From Candidatus Latescibacterota bacterium (GTDB lineage: Bacteria; Latescibacterota; UBA2968; GCA-2709665): DNA of 64,000 nucleotides. The stretch lies in contig OZ242358.1 of the NCBI GenBank assembly GCA_965208835.1, positions 3,904,001 to 3,968,000 on the forward strand. Direction: 5' to 3'. The translations under genes and the position numbers were made by a program. The notes beneath the pieces are model-generated. The model did not search any database, had not been told where the DNA came from, and worked only from the letters and a program-made list of their open reading frames with translations. This document shows positions 50,228 to 59,773 of this stretch, piece by piece (the stretch's first letter is position 1; every line of letters starts with the position of its first letter).

Positions 50228-50995
50228 TCACACCGGCCGTTCCCGCCGCCGCTGCCAGGCCACGACATCCGCATAAGGCACGTCGCCGCCGAATATGTCC
50301 AGCGCACTGCCGATTGTCAGACCCACTCGCCCTCTCCCCAGCGTCTCGACGCGGTCCAGATCTTCCAGGCGCCGCGCGCCGCCCGCGTACGTCACGTCTA
50401 TCGGCGACTCGGCCCCGAGCAGTTTCACGAGCGAATCCTCTATGCCCGTTTGTTTACCCTCTACGTCCACGCCGTGCACGAGAAACCCGTCGCAGAAATC
50501 CGAGAGCCAGTTCAGCGTGGGTCCGTCCACCTCGACCCCGGTAAACCGCTGCCACAGATCGGTCACCACCAGGTAAGCGCCGTCTCGCCGCCGGCAACTC
50601 AGGTCCAGCACCAGCCGATCCCGACCAACAATGCGTACCATCCTGTCGAGCCGATCGGTATCTACACGCCCGTCTCGAAACACATACGAAGTAACGATGA
50701 CATGGCTGGCGCCGGCGTTTAGAAATCGGCGCGCGTTTTCGGGCCGGATACCGCCGCCCACCCGGAGCCCGCCAGGAAAGGCGGATAACGCTGACAGCGC
50801 GGCGGACTCATTGCCCGGCCCCAGCATGATCACGTGACCTCCCGGCAGATTGTCCGCCATGTACATCCTCGCATAGTCGGCCGCCGCCCGGTCCGTCTCA
50901 AAGTTCGTCTCCGGCGCCGCGACGCCGTGCAACGACCCGCCCACTATTTGAACCACGCGCCCGCCACGCAGATCGATACAGGGCCTGAATCTCAC
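50228..50995 (-). CDS. hisA: ProFAR isomerase, eukaryote (His6)-type
   Basis: FRPCIDL..G.V.QIVGG, GGHVIMLG, LVLDLSCR, HGVDVEG and TIGSALDIFGG motifs; AGGAG RBS. Confidence 0.9.
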   Translation of the reverse strand: MRFRPCIDLRGGRVVQIVGGSLHGVAAPETNFETDRAAADYARMYMADNLPGGHVIMLGPGNESAALSALSAFPGGLRVGGGIRPENARRFLNAGASHVIVTSYVFRDGRVDTDRLDRMVRIVGRDRLVLDLSCRRRDGAYLVVTDLWQRFTGVEVDGPTLNWLSDFCDGFLVHGVDVEGKQTGIEDSLVKLLGAESPIDVTYAGGARRLEDLDRVETLGRGRVGLTIGSALDIFGGDVPYADVVAWQRRRERPV

Positions 50996-51164
50996 GGATA
51001 CTCCTAAGAAACCGGCTTAAAGTCCCGGCAGGCTTCGCGCGTCCGAAACCGCGCATGCCCCGAGCAGGTTCACGCAGAAATCGCCGACAAGGACGGATGA
51101 ACAGCCGGGATAATATAACGTACTGTACCAACCACTTCAACCCCGGCCCATCCATGGCATGAAC

Positions 51165-51193
51165 AAAAAAAACCGGAGGGTTGCGCCTCCGGC
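51165..51193 (-). terminator. Intrinsic terminator after the RND gene
   Basis: Minus strand CCGGAGG-cgcaac-CCTCCGG followed by T8. Confidence 0.8.
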
Positions 51194-51260
51194 TCATACA
51201 TCAACCGTGGATAAGCAGCCACCCGCCGCGGAAGGAACGGGGGCCGGTCCGCCCGTGCGA

Positions 51261-54200
51261 TCAGTCGTCCGCCGGCTGTTCGCTGACGGTCCGGCGGAAA
51301 AACGCGGCTCGAACGACACCTTTCAGAAACGTCCGCAAGTCGTCCAGAAGTGTGTAGCAGATGGGCACAAGCAGCAGGGTCATAAACGTCGAAACCAGCA
51401 ACCCGCCCATCATAGTCCGTCCTAGCGGGGCATAGGGAATCCCGATCAGATTGCTATTCCCCAATGCCATTGGCAACAGGCCGAACACCGTGGTGAACGT
51501 TGTCATCAGAATGGGACGAAACCGGTTGTGTCCGGCCTCCAGAATTGCGTCTGTGCGGCTGAGGCCCTCCAGTCGCATCCGGTTGACCATATCCACCAGC
51601 ACGATGGCGTTGTTTACGACGACACCGATAAGTACGATCATGCCGATGTTGGCCATCATGTCCATTGGCGTGCCGGTCAGATAGAGCGCCCAGTACACCC
51701 CCAGGAATGAAAACGGAATGGAAAACAACACCGAGAAAGGCAGGACCACGGACTCGAACAACACACCCATCAGAAGAAAGACACAGGTAACGGCCATCAC
51801 CACCGCGAATATCGTATCGTTGTCGGACTCCCGGAACTTTGCGAACCGTTCTCCCTTGTTCCACGAATATCCCCTGGGCATTTCGAAACCGTCCATCGCC
51901 CGGTCGACTTCGGCGTACAGGCTCTTGAGATCGTCCTTTGTCGTAAACGCTTTCACCTCCAGGCGCGTCTTACCGTCTTCCCTCCGTATTCTCCCGCGCC
52001 CCGGCGTTACCTTGAAGCTGGCCAGTTCGGAAAGCGGGATCATCTCCCCCGACGCGGACCTGAACATGAAACTCTTGAGATGATGCAGCGTCTGCCGGTC
52101 CGCCTCTTCCAGGTACAGGCGCGTTTCCACCTCCCGCTCACCGGACTGGTACCGGGGCAGGCTCACGCCCTGCATGGTGAAGGCAAGCGTCCGCGCCACT
52201 ACCTGCGGAGAAATCCCGTAGCGCCTTGCCCGTTCGCGGTCGATGTGGACCTGCGCCTCGTCCGTGGAACGTTCCAGGTCCGAGTCGACGTTCACCACCG
52301 AGGGTATCGCCCGGAGCCGGCGCTCGACTTCGGTTACGAGACCCGCCAGCGCCTCGGTGTCGTCTCCGTAGAGGTACACGGAAACTGACGGGGCACCGCC
52401 CCCGCGGGCCCGGCTCTCCACGCCTATGCGCACCCCCACGTACTTGGGCATCTTCTGTTTCAAGTCCTTAATGACTTCCGTTCGTTCCATCGCATTGTCG
52501 ACCGGCACCCCCAGACCCGACCTCAGGTTCTTGTACGCGACGTACCACCACGCCTCATTGGGATCCGAATCCAGAAAGATCTCGAAATTCCCACGGGTCT
52601 TGCGGAACCACGACCGGATGGTCCTGATGCCGTACGCCTCCCGCTTGGAATCCAGGAATTCTTCCACTTCGTTCATTAATTCGAAAGTTTCATACGTCGT
52701 GAAATCACGGGGCGTTCGAATATTGATATCGATATCGTTGATATTTCCACGGGAGGCATCCGAGCGTTTTATCCTGTCGGCCGGAATCGCAATGGTTGCA
52801 AATACCGCGAGGAGGATCAATATGGCGTCCCGGCGATGGCTCAGCGCCCACTTCAGAACGCGACCGTAACGCATCCGGGCCCAGCCGATGGACTTCGAGT
52901 CCGGCTTGATGCGGCCGCCCCCGAAGCGCACCGAGGCCAGCGGAATGATCAGCAGCGCGACGAACAACGACCCCACCAGCATCACGATCACAGGAACGCC
53001 CATCCGGGAAAGATAGAACGTCATACCGACGTTGCCGGTCATCAACATCAGGGGCAGAAAGACGACGACAGTGGTCAGCGTTGCCATGGTAATCGCCATG
53101 GCGACCTCGCTGGCGCCCGAGACGGCAGCAGTTTTCGGCGTCTCGCCCTTCTCCCTCCGGCGGTAGATGTTCTCCAGAATGACGACCGCATTGTCGACAA
53201 CCATCCCCACGCCTACCATCAGACCCATCATCGTCATGAGATTCAGGGACCACCCGGAAAAATAAAGCACCGTAACCGTCATCATCGCGCACAGCGGAAT
53301 CGACAGTGTAATGATGGCCGTCATTCGGATGACACGCAGGAAGAACAGCAGGATCAGCGCGGCAAACAGCCCGCCCCAGAGTCCCGTATTTCTCAGAGTC
53401 GCGACCGACGCCCGGATGAGTTCGCCCTGGTTGAAGAATACGTTGAATTGCACTTTTCCGTCCAGGGCAGTCCCGTTCTCGATCTCGATGAGCGCCTCAG
53501 AAACGCGGTCGCAAACCGTAGCGATGTCCGCCCCGGACTCGGCCTTGATCCCCACGGAAGAAGCTGGCTGGCCGTCGATTCTCTGATACCAGCTCCGGGC
53601 CGGAATGTCGTAGACCACGTCGGCGACTTCACGCAATCTGACGCCGCCCTGCCGGGTACCGACGGGAATATTGCCGACCTCCTCGAGACTGCGGTACCGG
53701 GCGAGCGAACGGACGTAGAATTTCTTCGTCCCCTCGTTCACATAGCCGCTCTTTAGCGCGAAATTGTCACTTTGCAGCCTTTGAACCATGTCGTAGACAT
53801 TCACGCCCCTCGCGACCAGTTTCTCACGGTCGATTTCGATCATCACCTCTTTCGGGTCCGCACCCCAGAGTTCCACCCTTGCCACGCCTTCGATGCGTTC
53901 CAGAGGTCGTTGCACATGGGTTTCCAGGTAACGGTACACGTCTACGATCGAGGAGTCGAGGGCCGCGCCTACCCACATGATATTCCAGCCTTCGTCGTTG
54001 TACTTCCACACGAATATCCGATCCCGGACCTCCTCCGGAAGTTCCGGTTTGAGACGATCCAGTTGATCACGCAACTGGTTGTACGCCAGGGTCATGTCGG
54101 CATCCTGCTGAAACCGGAGGGGCGCGCCGACGCCCCGGCTGTCCGTGTACGTCCGGACCCGCTCGATTCCCTTTATCGTTCGCAGGCGCTCCTCCAGGGG

Positions 54201-54419
54201 GCGCGTTATCTGTTGTTCAACCTCCTGAGGCGTGGCGGTCGAACCGGGATACCGGACGCTCAACCAAAGAAACGGCGGCTCGAATCCCGCCGGCATCATC
54301 TTTACCGCGATCCGGGAATAGCCCACGGCGCCCATCACGAGCAACGCCAACAGGCACACCGCTATCGTCACGGGTCTATTGACGGAGATACGCGTTAGAA
54401 GGGAAGATCGATTGTTCAT
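51261..54419 (-). CDS. RND efflux permease (AcrB/D/F family)
   Basis: NRPV, GMVVDNAVVILENI, GVVVNNAIVLVD and RFRPILMTT motifs; 1052 aa. Confidence 0.93.
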   Translation of the reverse strand: MNNRSSLLTRISVNRPVTIAVCLLALLVMGAVGYSRIAVKMMPAGFEPPFLWLSVRYPGSTATPQEVEQQITRPLEERLRTIKGIERVRTYTDSRGVGAPLRFQQDADMTLAYNQLRDQLDRLKPELPEEVRDRIFVWKYNDEGWNIMWVGAALDSSIVDVYRYLETHVQRPLERIEGVARVELWGADPKEVMIEIDREKLVARGVNVYDMVQRLQSDNFALKSGYVNEGTKKFYVRSLARYRSLEEVGNIPVGTRQGGVRLREVADVVYDIPARSWYQRIDGQPASSVGIKAESGADIATVCDRVSEALIEIENGTALDGKVQFNVFFNQGELIRASVATLRNTGLWGGLFAALILLFFLRVIRMTAIITLSIPLCAMMTVTVLYFSGWSLNLMTMMGLMVGVGMVVDNAVVILENIYRRREKGETPKTAAVSGASEVAMAITMATLTTVVVFLPLMLMTGNVGMTFYLSRMGVPVIVMLVGSLFVALLIIPLASVRFGGGRIKPDSKSIGWARMRYGRVLKWALSHRRDAILILLAVFATIAIPADRIKRSDASRGNINDIDINIRTPRDFTTYETFELMNEVEEFLDSKREAYGIRTIRSWFRKTRGNFEIFLDSDPNEAWWYVAYKNLRSGLGVPVDNAMERTEVIKDLKQKMPKYVGVRIGVESRARGGGAPSVSVYLYGDDTEALAGLVTEVERRLRAIPSVVNVDSDLERSTDEAQVHIDRERARRYGISPQVVARTLAFTMQGVSLPRYQSGEREVETRLYLEEADRQTLHHLKSFMFRSASGEMIPLSELASFKVTPGRGRIRREDGKTRLEVKAFTTKDDLKSLYAEVDRAMDGFEMPRGYSWNKGERFAKFRESDNDTIFAVVMAVTCVFLLMGVLFESVVLPFSVLFSIPFSFLGVYWALYLTGTPMDMMANIGMIVLIGVVVNNAIVLVDMVNRMRLEGLSRTDAILEAGHNRFRPILMTTFTTVFGLLPMALGNSNLIGIPYAPLGRTMMGGLLVSTFMTLLLVPICYTLLDDLRTFLKGVVRAAFFRRTVSEQPADD

Positions 54420-54484
54420 AGCGACGATGATCCGTTTGTCTCAGGTTGTCAGCCCGGCCTCCGGCGGCTTGCCCTGCCCTGAGA

Positions 54485-54598
54485 CGCTCCCTGAGCTTGT
54501 CGAAGGGTCGGCGAAGGGCTATCGGATACCTGAGATCGGCGCACCCAAAAGCTCGCGAAGAGTTACAAAAAGCGGGCATTTCGACAAGCTCAATGACC
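54485..54598. repeat. REPIN-like inverted pair
   Basis: TGAGCTTGTCGAA (54492-54504) and TTCGACAAGCTCA (54580-54592). Confidence 0.6.
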
Positions 54599-54877
54599 AC
54601 GCGTCGACACGGAGTTTCGACCGACTCCGCTTGTAAAAAGAACCCCTCGCAACAGGACTGGATGAAACGGTCGAATGAAAGGCGACATATCTCCCAGATG
54701 GAACATGGAGCAAAATTGCGGGCCCTTCGCGTAATGGCGACTGATACATGCCATATCCTTTTGACGCATCAACCCCCGAAATGATTCATACCTGCTGTTA
54801 GTTGCGCAGCAGCGCCGGCAGGCGTCGAGCGGGAAACGGAACAGAACGTACGGGCTGAACGGACATTTGTCCGGAGA

Positions 54878-55228
54878 CTACGTGCAAGACCTGTCCACGA
54901 TCCGCCGCAGCGCTTTTTTTCGCGCCTGTCGGCGTTTCTGTTCCATGCGCTTTTCTCTGGAGGTACGCGAAGGCCGGGTTGGTCTACGGGGTTTGACCGT
55001 GTGGTTCAGCCCAATGAGTTTTCGACGGAGACGCTGGAGGGCAAGGTCCCGGTTGCGTCCCTGGAGGCGATGTTCGGACGCAACGACCTTGATGCCGGAG
55101 GGAAGGTGTACAAGTCTGACCGCGCTTTCAACCTTATTGCGGTGCTGGCCGCCCGGTCCACTGCCGCGAAAGGGATGGAATTGCACTTCCTTGAGGAGGA
55201 CGTCAGGATTGGTGTTGTAGCGTGGCAT
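54878..55228 (-). CDS. arfB: ArfB/YaeJ-like peptidyl-tRNA hydrolase (ribosome rescue)
   Basis: GPGGQHRNK and basic tail RRPTRPSR...KK..R. Start may be at 55246. Confidence 0.8.
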   Translation of the reverse strand: MPRYNTNPDVLLKEVQFHPFRGSGPGGQHRNKVESAVRLVHLPSGIKVVASEHRLQGRNRDLALQRLRRKLIGLNHTVKPRRPTRPSRTSREKRMEQKRRQARKKALRRIVDRSCT

Positions 55229-55306
55229 GTCGGGATCCCTGGCCATTCTCCGTGGTCGCGGCCTCGTCGGACCGGATCGGATGCGGGATCCTGCAACCCT
55301 GTTCCA

Positions 55307-55470
55307 AGAAGCCGTTTTAAAATTACCGGTGAGTTCCCGAGCACAAGCGAAAAAGCGGCGGCCAAGGCGGGAAAACCCGCCCATATTTGTCTATACGGGT
55401 GGGTTTGACCAACGCCGACCGGCGCTTTTGCAGCCGTGCGAAGACCGCTGGGAATTTTAAGACGGCTTCT
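55307..55470. mobile_element. MITE-like repeat family A, short form
   Basis: Reverse complement of 28900-29063. Its end overlaps the TAG stop of the S1 gene. Confidence 0.85.
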
Positions 55471-56695
55471 ATAGCAATCCGGCCCGGCGGAGGGCGTCGG
55501 CCATGACGCTTTCAGATTTGTCGTCGGACGAATTTTCCTTGATCTTGAACGCTTCGATTTCCTTAACTTCAACCGCCTTCTTTTCTTCTTCCTGAAGATC
55601 GCGTATGGAAAGTGAGATGCGTTTCTTGTCCCGGTCGATTTTCCGGATCCGGGCGCGAACTTCCTGCCCTACCGAAACGGCGTCATCCGGCCGCGCAACG
55701 CGGCTTCGGGCGAGTTGCGAGACGTGAACCAGGCCTTCCACACCCGGAACGACTTCGACAAAAGCGCCGAACTGCTGGATCGAGACGACTTTGCCGGTGA
55801 TGACCTCTCCCTCCTGCAACTTCTCCAATGCGCCGTCCCAGGGATCGGGCAGCAGGGCCTTTATGGAAAGTGAGATCCGCTCTTTGTCTCCGCCGAGGCC
55901 CTTGAGTTCGAGGATCTTCACGTTGACTTCCTCGTCCGACCGGAGTACGTCCTTCGGATGCCCGACGCGGTTGTGCGCAATTTCCGAAATGTGCACCAGA
56001 CCCTCCACGCCTCCGAGATCGACAAAGGCTCCGAACCGTTCAAGCCTGGTAATCTTCCCGCGGACTTCGGCGCCTTCGTTCAGCTTCTCGCGTAACTCAT
56101 CGGCGCGACGGGCGGCCTCGGCTTCGAGATGGGCTCGGCGTGACAGGACGATGTTGCGGCCCCGGCCCCGGAATTCGACAATTTTAAATGTAAGGGTCTG
56201 CCCGGCATAGGAGGCGAGATCCTTGCTGTAACCCGTATCGATCTGGGAAACAGGACAAAAAGCCCGTCGGCCGCCGAGATTGACGACCAGACCGCCGGAG
56301 TTGAATCCGGTTACTCGTCCGTCGACCGGTATCTTGTTTTCGTAGGCCTGGCGCAGCATCTGGATATTGCCGGTCCGCCGGGACAGGGTCAATCGAACTT
56401 CGTTCTCCACAGAGGCGACAAAGGCTTCGACGGTATCGCCGACGCTACAGGAGACCTCGCCTTGCTCGTTCTTCAATTCCTGGACGTCGATAACGGCTTC
56501 GCTTCGGCCTCCATAGTCCACAAACACGGAAGATTCATCGATCGACTGAATGTGACCCGACAGCCGCTGGCCCACGGAAAGTAAGGGGGCGGGCGCCTGA
56601 TCCGATTCACCTTCCAGCAAGGCTGCGAATTCGTCGCTGGAACGGTCTGCGACGTATTTCTCGTCCATTTCGTTCACATTCTGCGGTTCTTTCAT
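55469..56695 (-). CDS. Ribosomal protein S1-like protein with four S1 domains
   Basis: RAFCPVSQ, FGAFVDLGGVEGLVHISE and FGAFVEVVPGVEGLVHVSQ motifs. Confidence 0.88.
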   Translation of the reverse strand: MKEPQNVNEMDEKYVADRSSDEFAALLEGESDQAPAPLLSVGQRLSGHIQSIDESSVFVDYGGRSEAVIDVQELKNEQGEVSCSVGDTVEAFVASVENEVRLTLSRRTGNIQMLRQAYENKIPVDGRVTGFNSGGLVVNLGGRRAFCPVSQIDTGYSKDLASYAGQTLTFKIVEFRGRGRNIVLSRRAHLEAEAARRADELREKLNEGAEVRGKITRLERFGAFVDLGGVEGLVHISEIAHNRVGHPKDVLRSDEEVNVKILELKGLGGDKERISLSIKALLPDPWDGALEKLQEGEVITGKVVSIQQFGAFVEVVPGVEGLVHVSQLARSRVARPDDAVSVGQEVRARIRKIDRDKKRISLSIRDLQEEEKKAVEVKEIEAFKIKENSSDDKSESVMADALRRAGLL

Positions 56696-57016
56696 GCGGC
56701 TTCTCTCAAGCTCCTTTTCCGGCGATGTTCGATCATTTCCCCACGCGCTCGCCGGGCGCGCGCGGCGCGGGGATCCCAGGCAGGAAACCCTCGGATCAAG
56801 ACACATTAATGTATGAGAAAATTACAAAGACGCAAGGTTTTTTTGGCAATTTCAAACTGGCGACGACGGCAGTACAACGGCGGGAACCCGGTTATGTACG
56901 GTTCTGGATTCGGAGGCATTTCGAATCTCATCGTTGATCGCGCCGGGTCGTTATGGTATATTTCCCCGGGATCAGGAGTAACGCAATAGAATGCATTCAC
57001 CGACAGGGAACGGAAG

Positions 57017-58228
57017 ATGAACGAAACAATCGAAGGTGCGCGGCAGGTTGCGCTTCGGGTATTGAAGCCTCGCAAGAAAGAGCTGGAACACGGATTGGCG
57101 TTACACGCGGAATCCATCGTGTGCGACACGTACGGATTCGCGCCCCGGGCCGCAATCGATGGAGACGCGATGGCCGCCGCCATCGAAGCCGGCGCGTCGG
57201 AGGCGGAGCTGAACGATATGAACGAAGAGATGTCGATGACCCGGTGCGCAACCGACCCTGACGAGCGCACGGAGTTTCAGGAGGCGTGGCGGTCAAGCGG
57301 CGTGACGTGCATCGTTCAGAACGCCGGAGAGGAGGGGCAGGCGCCCCTGCGACTGATCAAGCGTCTCGCGCGGTTTACATATGTGGCGGACGTCATGCGC
57401 GACTTTCTGCTGCGTGCAACCACACCCGAGGATATCGAAACAGCCGGGAGTCAGGGCAAGCAGTGTCTTTACATGAGCGGAAACGGGGTCCCCCTGTCTC
57501 AGGACTGGGTGTCCGTGGAGGAGGAACTCAGATACATCCGGATTTTCTTTCAACTGGGGATTCGGATGATGCACCTGACGTACAACCGGCGCAATATGCT
57601 GGGAGACGGGTGCGCCGAGCCGGCCAACGCGGGGCTGAGCGATTTCGGGAGATCCGTGGTCGCCGAAATGAACCGTGTGGGCGTGATCGTGGACGTGGCG
57701 CACGCGGGCTGGCAGACCAGCCTTGAGGCGGCCAGGGCGTCCGCGGTCCCGATGGTGGCAAGCCACTCGGGCTGCTGTTCCGTGAACGAACACGTCCGAT
57801 GCAAACCGGACAACGTGATCCGGGCGATTGCGGATACGGGCGGTTACGTGGGCATCTGCTGCATTCCGGCATTCCTGGGTCGAAGCGGAGACATACAGGC
57901 GCTGCTGGACCATGTCGACTATATGGTCAGGACGTTCGGGGCCGATCATGTGACGATCGGTACGGATACGGCGTACGCATCGCGCGCTGCCGCCGCTGAA
58001 AGGAGTAAGGCGCCGCGTTCACGGGGGCGTCCTCGGTGGGCATACTTCTGGCCGCCGGATGCGTTTGGCGACCGCTGGCGGCAGGATCACATGGTGAAGA
58101 GTCTGGCGTGGACGAACTGGCCGCTCTTTACAGTAGGGATGGTCCAACGCGGACATTCGGATGCCGACATCCGCAAGATCCTTGGCGGCAACATGCTCCG
58201 CGTGGCGGGTGCCGCTCTGGCGGGATGA
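57017..58228 (+). CDS. Membrane dipeptidase (M19) family protein
   Basis: GIRMMHLTYN..N, GLSDFG, EMNRVG..VDVAH, ASHS, IGTD and KILGGN motifs. Confidence 0.85.
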   Translation: MNETIEGARQVALRVLKPRKKELEHGLALHAESIVCDTYGFAPRAAIDGDAMAAAIEAGASEAELNDMNEEMSMTRCATDPDERTEFQEAWRSSGVTCIVQNAGEEGQAPLRLIKRLARFTYVADVMRDFLLRATTPEDIETAGSQGKQCLYMSGNGVPLSQDWVSVEEELRYIRIFFQLGIRMMHLTYNRRNMLGDGCAEPANAGLSDFGRSVVAEMNRVGVIVDVAHAGWQTSLEAARASAVPMVASHSGCCSVNEHVRCKPDNVIRAIADTGGYVGICCIPAFLGRSGDIQALLDHVDYMVRTFGADHVTIGTDTAYASRAAAAERSKAPRSRGRPRWAYFWPPDAFGDRWRQDHMVKSLAWTNWPLFTVGMVQRGHSDADIRKILGGNMLRVAGAALAG

Positions 58229-58269
58229 ACGCGGTGGGTTGATTTCCGGCAGGGCCGGTTCGCATTCAT

Positions 58270-58464
58270 TAGCCCCAATTCGAGAAAAGCGGCAACCGGG
58301 CGTCTTGGAAAAACCTTCGAAACGGAGCGTAAACGTCGTCCGGAAGGACATTTTTTCGTTCACGTCCAGTGACCGGGTGTATCCTGGTAATCCGCAGTTT
58401 AGTCGCCTTCATCAACTTGCATGTACTCGATTTAACGTCCACGAAAACATAAGAATCATGGTTA
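58270..58464. mobile_element. MITE-like repeat family C, second copy
   Basis: Colinear with 31447-31643. Confidence 0.7.
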
Positions 58465-58475
58465 AAGGATGCTCC

Positions 58476-59726
58476 ATGACTGGAATTCTCAATCTGATGC
58501 TGTCTTTCGTGTTTTTCACCTTTGCGTCCCTGCTTCCGGCGCATGGACAGAGTCCGAGGCTGATATGGCAGCCCGAGGGACCCGTTTCGCAATGGTCGAC
58601 AGGTCCGCTCACGGCGGATTTCGACAATGACGGCGTTGTTGGGTTTTCGGATTTTCTGTTGTTCGCCAGCAGTTTCAACTCCCGGGATGGCGAGCCGGCG
58701 TACGACGCCAGGATGGACCTGAACGACGACGGAGCTATCGATTTTTCCGATTTCGTTTCTTTCAGCGCCGCTTACGGAAGGCCTTCCGACGACGCATTCT
58801 CCAACCGATACGTCATCTACGCGCTCGACCCGTTGCTGGGAGGGATGGCGGTTATCGACTCGGACTCGCATCTGCTTTCGGAATACCTCAGGTTTCGAGG
58901 TCCGACAGGTATGGCGGTCTCGGCGGACGAACGGACAATCTACGTCTCGGAAGGATTCGGTCTCTTTGCAATTGATGAAAATCACGAAGCGCTGTTTTCG
59001 ATCCCTACGGAATCGCAGGGTCGCGTAGTCCTTAGCCCGGACGAGCGGATCGCATTTGTCACCGAGGAACGGCACGACCGACTGGTGGTCCTGGACCTGG
59101 TGGCACGTGTTCCCGCAGATACGATCTCGGTAGGCGAAAGGCCGATCGACGTGGCGATTACACCGGATGGCAGGAAGCTCTACGTGGCGAACGCCGACAG
59201 CCGCGACATCTCGGTCATCGACGTGGAACGCGGGGAGGTCACGGCCGCCATCATTATCGGCGGGGTTCCAGGTGAGATCGGCATCACGAAGGACGGCGCG
59301 CGAGCGTACGTGACCAACGTCGACCGAGGTGTCGTCTCCGTGCTGGATCTAAGTTCGGATCAGGTTGTAAGCGGCCTTCAGTTGAGTGGAGATTCTGCGC
59401 GTGGACTGGCGTTTTCACCAGACGGCGAGACGCTCTACGTGGCTTCGACGGGGACACGCTCCGGCGGGTTTCTCGTAACCGTTGACGTACAACGCAATCT
59501 GATATCCCAGCGTCTCCGCGTCGGGGATGCCGCGTCCACGATCGGCGTTGCTCCGGATGGCGCCCGCATCTACATCGGTACGCTTGTACTGGACGGCGGC
59601 GGACCTGGGCTGAGCGCCATCGACCTGAAGGACGGGCGCGTCATGGGCCGGTTGCTGGGCATCGACTTCATCGCGCAGTTTGCCTTCCGCACCCTTTCTC
59701 GGAGTCAATCCGTCCGCGAAAATTGA
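58476..59726 (+). CDS. Secreted protein with dockerin/EF-hand-like module and YncE/YVTN beta-propeller
   Basis: Signal peptide, DFDNDGVVGFSDF and DLNDDGAIDFSDF loops, TPDGRKLYVAN-type repeats. The track's upstream extension runs through repeat C. Confidence 0.8.
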   Translation: MTGILNLMLSFVFFTFASLLPAHGQSPRLIWQPEGPVSQWSTGPLTADFDNDGVVGFSDFLLFASSFNSRDGEPAYDARMDLNDDGAIDFSDFVSFSAAYGRPSDDAFSNRYVIYALDPLLGGMAVIDSDSHLLSEYLRFRGPTGMAVSADERTIYVSEGFGLFAIDENHEALFSIPTESQGRVVLSPDERIAFVTEERHDRLVVLDLVARVPADTISVGERPIDVAITPDGRKLYVANADSRDISVIDVERGEVTAAIIIGGVPGEIGITKDGARAYVTNVDRGVVSVLDLSSDQVVSGLQLSGDSARGLAFSPDGETLYVASTGTRSGGFLVTVDVQRNLISQRLRVGDAASTIGVAPDGARIYIGTLVLDGGGPGLSAIDLKDGRVMGRLLGIDFIAQFAFRTLSRSQSVREN

Positions 59727-59773
59727 CCCTCCGCGGACCCCCGCCGCACCACCGTCGCCAGGTCGCCCAATCC

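Noticed and set aside
58161-58475. Track-predicted N-terminal extensions (also aceE from 12346, lpdA from 16399, pyrD from 61331, arfB from 55384)
   Set aside because: They run through repeats or neighbouring genes; downstream starts fit RBS and family N-termini better.
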